The notes under the pieces are model-generated. The model searched no databases. It was given only the letters and a program-made list of their open reading frames with translations, and was not told the origin of the DNA. Positions 56,999-64,000 of a stretch of DNA of 64,000 nt are shown here, piece after piece (position 1 is the first letter of the stretch; each line of letters opens with the position of its first letter). Source of the stretch: Scenedesmus sp. PABB004 (lineage: Eukaryota); contig JABVCE010000029.1 of the NCBI GenBank assembly GCA_014905635.1, forward strand, positions 372,001 to 436,000, written 5' to 3'. A program made the position numbers and the translations under genes.

Positions 56999-57620
56999 GG
57001 GGTCCTGCGCCGCCGGCGGGGCCAGCGCCGGCGCCGCCGGCAGCGCCGGCACGCCCGCTGCGGTGAGCCGGAACTCCATTGTGAAGCGGCCCCCGTGCTG
57101 GCCCGTGCGCGCGATGACCCCTCGGTGCTGCCTGCCCGGTGGGGCGGTGTTCTCATCGGTGCGCGGCTTTCTCAGGGGTTTTTGCAGCAAAGCCAACTGT
57201 TGCCCCCTGGTGTGTGCGTGTGTCGTCGCGCGGCGCGGGGGCTGATGCCGCTGAGGCCGGCCCCTGCCGCCGCCAGCGTGGATGGCGTTTGCGCGTGATC
57301 TCTGCGCGAAGGCTTGGAGCCGGTGCACCTCGCTGCACCGATGCCCGGTGCGGCTCGCCGCACCGGAAGGGGGGTGTGCGGCCTGATCTGCTGCTGCCCC
57401 TTTGATTGCGGGGCATCACCTGGTCTCCTTGGGCGCCCGTTGGGCGTTGGCCTCTGGCTGTGCCGTTGGGTGATGTGTGGGCCCCCTCTCGGGGGGCGCC
57501 GGGGCGCGGTTTTTCACGAGGGGTTGCTGCGCTCTTCCCGTTGGAGCTTTTTTCAATGGGCTGCCCATGGGCCTCGGTCCTTGTCTGGTCACCCATTGTA
57601 ACAAAAAAAAAAAAAAAAAA
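55637..57620 (+). mobile_element. L1-clade copy 2, 5'-truncated, internally interrupted and deleted
   Basis: 55637-56416 is near-identical to 52730-53513; UTR and poly(A) lie at 57127-57620. Flanked by the 12-bp TSD CAAACACGCAGA (55625-55636 and 57621-57632). Confidence 0.85.
56417..57127 (-). mobile_element. L1-clade copy 3, antisense 0.7-kb 3' fragment inside copy 2
   Basis: Poly(T) at 56417-56445, then GTTACA and the reverse complement of about 54089-54771. No TSD; host sequence is deleted at the site. Confidence 0.85.
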
Positions 57621-57674
57621 CAAACACGCAGACACCAGCCCCGCGGCACGGGGGGACACCGCCCAACCTTGCAC

Positions 57675-59380
57675 GCGGCTCCAAGGTGCTGCCCGGCCAC
57701 GGGCTGCGCCGCCGAGCGCCGCCGCCGGCGGCCGCGCCGCGCCGCGGGCCGCGCGCCGCCCGCGCGCGCGCCGCTCGGCGGCGCCGCGGCGCAGCGCTGC
57801 CGGGCGCCGTTCCCCCTGCCCCGCCGCCCCTGCGCAGCGGAGGTGCGCGGCTGCAAGGTGCTGCCCGGCCACGGGCTGCGCCGCCGAGCGCCGCCGCTGG
57901 TGGCCGCGTCGCGCCGCGGGCCGCGCGCCGCCCGCGCGCGCGCCGCTCGGCGGCGCCGCGGCGCAGCGCTGCCGGGCGCCGTTCCCCCTGCCCCGCCGCC
58001 CCTGCGCAGCGGAGGTGCGCGGCTCCAAGGTGCTGCCCGGCCACGGGCTGCGCCGCCGAGCGCCGCCGCCGGCGGCCGCGCCGCGCCGCGGGCCGCGCGC
58101 CGCCCGCGCGCGCGCCGCTCGGCGGCGCCGCGGCGCAGCGCTGCCGGGCGCCGTTCCCCCTGCCCCGCCGCCCCTGCGCAGCGGAGGTGCGCGGCTGCAA
58201 GGTGCTGCCCGGCCACGGGCTGCGCCGCCGAGCGCCGCCGCCGGCGGCCGCGCCGCGCCGCGGGCCGCGCGCCGCCCGCGCGCGCGCCGCTCGGCGGCGC
58301 CGCGGCGCAGCGCTGCCGGGCGCCGTTCCCCCTGCCCCGCCGCCCCTGCGCAGCGGAGGTGCGCGGCTCCAAGGTGCTGCCCGGCCACGGGCTGCGCCGC
58401 CGAGCGCCGCCGCCGGCGGCCGCGCCGCGCCGCGGGCCGCGCGCCGCCCGCGCGCGCGCCGCTCGGCGGCGCCGCGGCGCAGCGCTGCCGGGCGCCGTTC
58501 CCCCTGCCCCGCCGCCCCTGCGCAGCGGAGGTGCGCGGCTCCAAGGTGCTGCCCGGCCACGGGCTGCGCCGCCGAGCGCCGCCGCCGGCGGCCGCGCCGC
58601 GCCGCGGGCCGCGCGCCGCCCGCGCGCGCGCCGCTCGGCGGCGCCGCGGCGCAGCGCTGCCGGGCGCCGTTCCCCCTGCCCCGCCGCCCCTGCGCAGCGG
58701 AGGTGCACGGCTGCAAGGTGCTGCCCGGCCACGGGCTGCGCCGCCGAGCGCCGCCGCCGGCGGCCGCGCCGCGCCGCGGGCCGCGCGCCGCCCGCGCGCG
58801 CGCCGCTCGGCGGCGCCGCGGCGCAGCGCTGCCGGGCGCCGTTCCCCCTGCCCCGCCGCCCCTGCGCAGCGGAGGTGCGCGGCTGCAAGGTGCTGCCCGG
58901 CCACGGGCTGCGCCGCCGAGCGCCGCCGCCGGCGGCCGCGCCGCGCCGCGGGCCGCGCGCGCCGCGCGCGCGCGCCGCTCGGCGGCGCCGCGGCGCAGCG
59001 CTGCCGGGCGCCGTTCCCCCTGCCCCGCCGCCCCTGCGCAGCGGAGGTGCGCGGCTGCAAGGTGCTGCCCGGCCACGGGCTGCGCCGCCGAGCGCCGCCG
59101 CCGGCGGCCGCGCCGCGCCGCGGGCCGCGCGCCGCCCGCGCGCGCGCCGCTCGGCGGCGCCGCGGCGCAGCGCTGCCGGGCGCCGTTCCCCCTGCCCCGC
59201 CGCCCCTGCGCAGCGGAGGTGCGCGGCTGCAAGGTGCTGCCCGGCCACGGGCTGCGCCGCCGAGCGCCGCCGCCGGCGGCCGCGCCGCGCCGCGGGCCGC
59301 GCGCCGCCCGCGCGCGCGCCGCTCGGCGGCGCCGCGGCGCAGCGCTGCCGGGCGCCGTTCCCCTGCCCCGCCGCCCCTGC
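57675..59380 (+). repeat. 172-bp GC-rich satellite, array 1 (about 10 monomers)
   Basis: The marker caaggtgctgccc recurs at 57682, 57854, 58026, 58198, 58370, 58542, 58714, 58886, 59058 and 59230, an exact 172-bp spacing. Confidence 0.97.
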
Positions 59381-60074
59381 GGCGTGTTTGGCGGCTGCGC
59401 GCGCTCCGTGCGCGGCGGCTTGGCGTGCTGCCTGCCCGGTGGGGCGGTGTTCTCATCGGTGCGCGGCTTTCTCAGGGGTTTTTGCAGCAAAGCCAACTGT
59501 TGCCCCCTGGTGTGTGCGTGTGTCGTCGCGCGGCGCGGGGGCTGATGCCGCTGAGGCCGGCCCCTGCCGCCGCCAGCGTGGATGGCGTTTGCGCGTGATC
59601 TCTGCGCGGAGGCTTGGGGCCGGTGCACCTCGCTGCACCGATGCCCGGTGCGGCTCGCCGCACCGGTAGGGGGGTGTGCGGCCTGATCTGCTTTTTTTTT
59701 TTTTTTTTTTTTGGTTACAATGGGTGACCAGACAAGGACCGAGGCCCATGGGCAGCCCATTGAAAAAAGCTCCAACGGGAAGAGCGCAGCAACCCCTCGT
59801 GAAAAACCGCGCCCCGGCGCCCCCCGAGAGGCCCCCCTGATCTGCTGCTGCCCCTTTGATTGCGGGGCATCACCTGGTCTCCTTGGGCGCCCGTTGGGCG
59901 TTGGCCTCTGGCTGTGCCGTTGGGTGATGTGTGGGCCCCCTCTCGGGGGGCGCCGGGGCGCGGTTTTTCACGAGGGGTTGCTGCGCTCTTCCCGTTGGAG
60001 TTTTTTTTCAGTGGGCTGCCCCTGGGCCTCGGTCCTTGTCTGGTCACCCATTGTAACAAAAAAAAAAAAAAAAA
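59381..60074 (+). mobile_element. LINE 3'UTR plus poly(A), carrying an antisense 144-bp 3'-end insertion (59692-59835)
   Basis: UTR sequence, TGTAA and A-tract. The insert is poly(T) plus the reverse-complemented 3' end, with TSD CCTGATCTGC (59682-59691 and 59836-59845). Confidence 0.88.
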
Positions 60075-60126
60075 CAAACACGCAGACACCAGCCCCGCGG
60101 CACGGGGGGACCGCCCAACCTTGCAC

Positions 60127-61140
60127 GCGGCTCCAAGGTGCTGCCCGGCCACGGGCTGCGCCGCCGAGCGCCGCCGCCGGCGGCCGCGCCGCGCCGCGGG
60201 CCGCGCGCCGCCGCGCGCGCGCGCCGCTCGGCGGCGCCGCGGCGCAGCGCTGCCGGGCGCCGTTCCCCCTGCCCCGCCGCCCCTGCGCAGCGGAGGTGCG
60301 CGGCTGCAAGGTGCTGCCCGGCCACGGGCTGCGCCGCCGAGCGCCGCCGCTGGCGGCCGCGTCGCGCCGCGGGCCGCGCGCCGCCCGCGCGCGCGCCGCT
60401 CGGCGGCGCCGCGGCGCAGCGCTGCCGGGCGCCGTTCCCCCTGCCCCGCCGCCTGCGCAGCGGAGGTGCGCGGCTCCAAGGTGCTGCCCGGCCACGGGCT
60501 GCGCCGCCGAGCGCCGCCGCCGGCGGCCGCGCCGCGCCGCGGGCCGCGCGCCGCCGCGCGCGCGCCGCTCGGCGGCGCCGCGGCGCAGCGCTGCCGGGCG
60601 CCGTTCCCCCTGCCCCGCCGCCCCTGCGCAGCGGAGGTGCGCGGCTCCAAGGTGCTGCCCGGCCACGGGCTGCGCCGCCGAGCGCCGCGCCGGCGGCCGC
60701 GCCGCGCCGCGGGCCGCGCGCCGCCGCGCGCGCGCCGCTCGGCGGCGCCGCGGCGCAGCGCTGCCGGGCGCCGTTCCCCCTGCCCCGCCGCCCCTGCGCA
60801 GCGGAGGTGCGCGGCTGCAAGGTGCTGCCCGGCCACGGGCTGCGCCGCCGAGCGCCGCCGCCGGCGGCCGCGCCGCGCCGCGGGCCGCGCGCCGCCCGCG
60901 CGCACGCCGCTCGGCGGCGCCGCGGCGCAGCGCTGCCGGGCGCCGTTCCCCCTGCCCCGCCGCCCCTGCGCAGCGGAGGTGCGCGGCTGCAAGGTGCTGC
61001 CCGGCCACGGGCTGCGCCGCCGAGCGCCGCCGCCGGCGGCCGCGCCGCGCCGCGGGCCGCGCGCCGCCCGCGCGCGCGCCGCTCGGCGGCGCCGCGGCGC
61101 AGCGCTGCCGGGCGCCGTTCCCCCTGCCCGCCGCCCCTGC
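60127..61140 (+). repeat. 172-bp satellite, array 2 (about 6 monomers)
   Basis: Marker at 60134, 60307, 60477, 60648, 60818 and 60990. Confidence 0.95.
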
Positions 61141-61828
61141 GGCGTGTTTGGCGGCTGCGCGCGCTCCGTGCGCGGCGGCTTGGCGTGCTGCCTGCCCGGT
61201 GGGGCGGTGTTCTCATCGGTGCGCGGCTTTCTCAGGGGTTTTTGCAGCAAAGCCAACTGTTGCCCCCTGGTGTGTGCGTGTGTCGTCGCGCGGCGCGGGG
61301 GCTGATGCCGCTGAGGCCGGCCCCTGCCGCCGCCAGCGTGGATGGCGTTTGCGCGTGATCTCTGCGCGGAGGCTTGGGGCCGGTGCACCTCGCTGCACCG
61401 ATGCCCGGTGCGGCTCGCCGCACCGGTAGGGGGGTGTGCGGCCTGATCTGCTTTTTTTTTTTTTTTTTTTGGTTACAATGGGTGACCAGACAAGGACCGA
61501 GGCCCATGGGCAGCCCATTGAAAAAAGCTCCAACGGGAAGAGCGCAGCAACCCCTCGTGAAAAACCGCGCCCCGGCGCCCCCCGAGAGGCCCCCCTGATC
61601 TGCTGCTGCCCCTTTGATTGCGGGGCATCACCTGGTCTCCTTGGGCGCCCGTTGGGCGTTGGCCTCTGGCTGTGCCGTTGGGTGATGTGTGGGCCCCCTC
61701 GGGGGGCGCCGGGGCGCGGTTTTTCACGAGGGGTTGCTGCGCTCTTCCCGTTGGAGTTTTTTTCAGTGGGCTGCCCCTGGGCCTCGGTCCTTGTCTGGTC
61801 ACCCATTGTAAAAAAAAAAAAAAAAAAA
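61141..61828 (+). mobile_element. LINE 3'UTR plus poly(A) with the same antisense insertion (61452-61593)
   Basis: Near-identical to 59381-60074, including TSD CCTGATCTGC and the caccggTagg variant. Confidence 0.88.
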
Positions 61829-61882
61829 CAAACACGCAGACACCAGCCCCGCGGCACGGGGGGACACCGCCCAACCTTGCAC

Positions 61883-63413
61883 GCGGCTCCAAGGTGCTGC
61901 CCGGCCACGGGCTGCGCCGCCGAGCGCCGCCGCCGGCGGCCGCGCCGCGCCGCGGGCCGCGCGCCGCCGCGCGCGCGCGCCGCTCGGCGGCGCCGCGGCG
62001 CAGCGCTGCCGGGCGCCGTTCCCCCTGCCCCGCCGCCCCTGCGCAGCGGAGGTGCGCGGCTGCAAGGTGCTGCCCGGCCACGGGCTGCGCCGCCGAGCGC
62101 CGCCGCTGGCGGCCGCGTCGCGCCGCGGGCCGCGCGCCGCCCGCGCGCGCGCCGCTCGGCGGCGCCGCGGCGCAGCGCTGCCGGGCGCCGTTCCCCCTGC
62201 CCCGCCGCCCCTGCGCAGCGGAGGTGCGCGGCTCCAAGGTGCTGCCCGGCCACGGGCTGCGCCGCCGAGCGCCGCCGCCGGCGGCCGCGCCGCGCCGCGG
62301 GCCGCGCGCCGCCCGCGCGCGCGCCGCTCGGCGGCGCCGCGGCGCAGCGCTGCCGGGCGCCGTTCCCCTGCCCCGCCGCCCCTGCGCAGCGGAGGTGCGC
62401 GGCTCCAAGGTGCTGCCCGGCCACGGGCTGCGCCGCCGAGCGCCGCCGCCGGCGGCCGCGCCGCGCCGCGGGCCGCGCGCCGCCCGCGCGCGCCGCTCGG
62501 CGGCGCCGCGGCGCAGCGCTGCCGGGCGCCGTTCCCCCTGCCCCGCCGCCCCTGCGCAGCGGAGGTGCGCGGCTGCAAGGTGCTGCCCGGCCACGGGCTG
62601 CGCCGCCGAGCGCCGCCGCCGGCGGCCGCGCCGCGCCGCGGGCCGCGCGCCGCCCGCGCGCGCGCCGCTCGGCGGCGCCGCGGCGCAGCGCTGCCGGGCG
62701 CCGTTCCCCCTGCCCCGCCGCCCCTGCGCAGCGGAGGTGCGCGGCTGCAAGGTGCTGCCCGGCCACGGGCTGCGCCGCCGAGCGCCGCCGCCGGCGGCCG
62801 CGCCGCGCCGCGGGCCGCGCGCCGCCCGCGCGCGCGCCGCTCGGCGGCGCCGCGGCGCAGCGCTGCCGGGCGCCGTTCCCCCTGCCCCGCCGCCCCTGCG
62901 CAGCGGAGGTGCGCGGCTCCAAGGTGCTGCCCGGCCACGGGCTGCGCCGCCGAGCGCCGCCGCCGGCGGCCGCGCCGCGCCGCGGGCCGCGCGCCGCCCG
63001 CGCGCGCGCCGCTCGGCGGCGCCGCGGCGCAGCGCTGCCGGGCGCCGTTCCCCCTGCCCCGCCGCCCCTGCGCAGCGGAGGTGCGCGGCTGCAAGGTGCT
63101 GCCCGGCCACGGGCTGCGCCGCCGAGCGCCGCCGCCGGCGGCCGCGCCGCGCCGCGGGCGCGCGCCGCCCGCGCGCGCGCCGCTCGGCGGCGCCGCGGCG
63201 CAGCGCTGCCGGGCGCCGTTCCCCCTGCCCCGCCGCCCCTGCGCAGCGGAGGTGCGCGGCTGCAAGGTGCTGCCCGGCCACGGGCTGCGCCGCCGAGCGC
63301 CGCCGCCGGCGGCCGCGCCGCGCCGCGGGCCGCGCGCCGCCCGCGCGCGCGCCGCTCGGCGGCGCCGCGGCGCAGCGCTGCCGGGCGCCGTTCCCCTGCC
63401 CCGCCGCCCCTGC
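61883..63413 (+). repeat. 172-bp satellite, array 3 (about 9 monomers)
   Basis: Marker at 61890, 62063, 62235, 62406, 62576, 62748, 62920, 63092 and 63263. Confidence 0.95.
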
Positions 63414-63780
63414 GGCGTGTTTGGCGGCTGCGCGCGCTCCGTGCGCGGCGGCTTGGCGTGCTGCCTGCCCGGTGGGGCGGTGTTCTCATCGGTGCGCGGC
63501 TTTCTCAGGGGTTTTTGCAGCAAAGCCAACTGTTGCCCCCTGGTGTGTGCGTGTGTCGTCGCGCGGCGCGGGGGCTGATGCCGCTGAGGCCGGCCCCTGC
63601 CGCCGCCAGCGTGGATGGCGTTTGCGCGTGATCTCTGCGCGGAGGCTTGGGGCCGGTGCACCTCGCTGCACCGATGCCCGGTGCGGCTCGCCGCACCGGA
63701 AGGGGGGTGTGCGGCCTGATCTGCTGCTGCCCCTTTGATTGCGGGGCATCACCTGGTCTCCTTGGGCGCCCGTTGGGCGT
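63414..63780 (+). mobile_element. LINE 3'UTR copy without the antisense insertion, interrupted at 63781
   Basis: Empty site gcctgatctgctgctg at about 63714-63729. Similarity to the UTR ends at ...gttgggcgt(tgg). Confidence 0.85.
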
Positions 63781-64000
63781 TGGTCTTGGTCGGAGTAGGC
63801 GCGGTTGTTGCCGGCTAGAGGAGCGAGTCGACAACGGCGGAGAGCGGCGGTTGGCCAACGAGAGAGCACGGAGAGCACGGAGACACGAGTGAAGGAGCAA
63901 AGGTTACATGTGCGTGGTGAAGAGACTCCTTAGGCAAACGGGGCGGGCGCACGGAGCTATATAGCCGAAACGGTATCGGTAATCGCAGCTTCTCGGCGGC
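63781..64000 (-). mobile_element. Probable LTR end (3' or solo LTR) of an LTR retrotransposon; runs off the window
   Basis: Abrupt switch to lower-GC unrelated sequence beginning TG. Read on the minus strand: CTATATAG (63957-63964), then TGTAA (63908-63904), then the terminus ...AAGACCA, which is U3-R-U5 order. Confidence 0.5.

Larger units (their letters stand above)
54790..57674 (-). mobile_element. Antisense copy of the same LINE 3'UTR, host to nested insertions; its own sequence is 54790-55056, 55443-55636 and 57621-57674
   Basis: Reverse complement of the UTR seen at 54339-54641 and 57127-57470, interrupted by inserts that are each flanked by direct repeats. Confidence 0.8.

Noticed and set aside
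52706..57695. A ~20-bp TSD (cgcggct[g/c]caaggtgctgccc) around the whole nest, or cccagcgg/cccaacgg around copy 1
   Set aside because: Each has a mismatch, the flanks are tandem satellite so duplication is expected anyway, and the outer element's poly(T) end is missing. Not resolvable here.
57675..63413. Regular repeats as a CRISPR array
   Set aside because: Monomers are contiguous with no unique spacers, there are no cas genes and the context is eukaryotic.
57153..63738. ORFs of 500-770 aa in all six frames
   Set aside because: They are translations of a stop-free 172-bp satellite whose length is not a multiple of 3, plus poly(A)/(T) tracts. No domain content.

Overview
Eukaryotic nuclear DNA, extremely GC-rich (about 80% by eye), from a chlorophyte green alga. 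The intron style, TGTAA polyadenylation signals and TTTAGGG-type telomere motifs resemble Sphaeropleales, but the taxon is an inference. Positions 1-52.2 kb are a dense, intron-rich gene arm with 16 genes I can support: V-ATPase d, an OPR-repeat protein, MscS-like channel, SRP72, PhyH dioxygenase, a Cdh-like secreted HIT-fold protein, WDR89, prolyl 4-hydroxylase, ABCC/MRP, ABHD13, a Cys-based phosphatase, JMJD4, a small plastid membrane protein, a Pro-rich SEA-like membrane protein, C2CD3-like and a TFxP-repeat protein. At about 52.6 kb the genes stop abruptly. What follows is a nest of L1-type retrotransposon copies inserted into one another in antisense orientation with target-site duplications, three arrays of a 172-bp satellite arranged with LINE 3' ends into a ~2-kb higher-order repeat, a fragment of a second LINE family and the edge of a probable LTR. 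This looks like the border of a Zepp-like centromeric cluster. Other notable signals are a very high share of GC-AG introns and telomere-like repeats next to splice sites. CDS coordinates are start-to-stop spans including introns, spliced by eye; most ORFs in the supplied track are GC artefacts.
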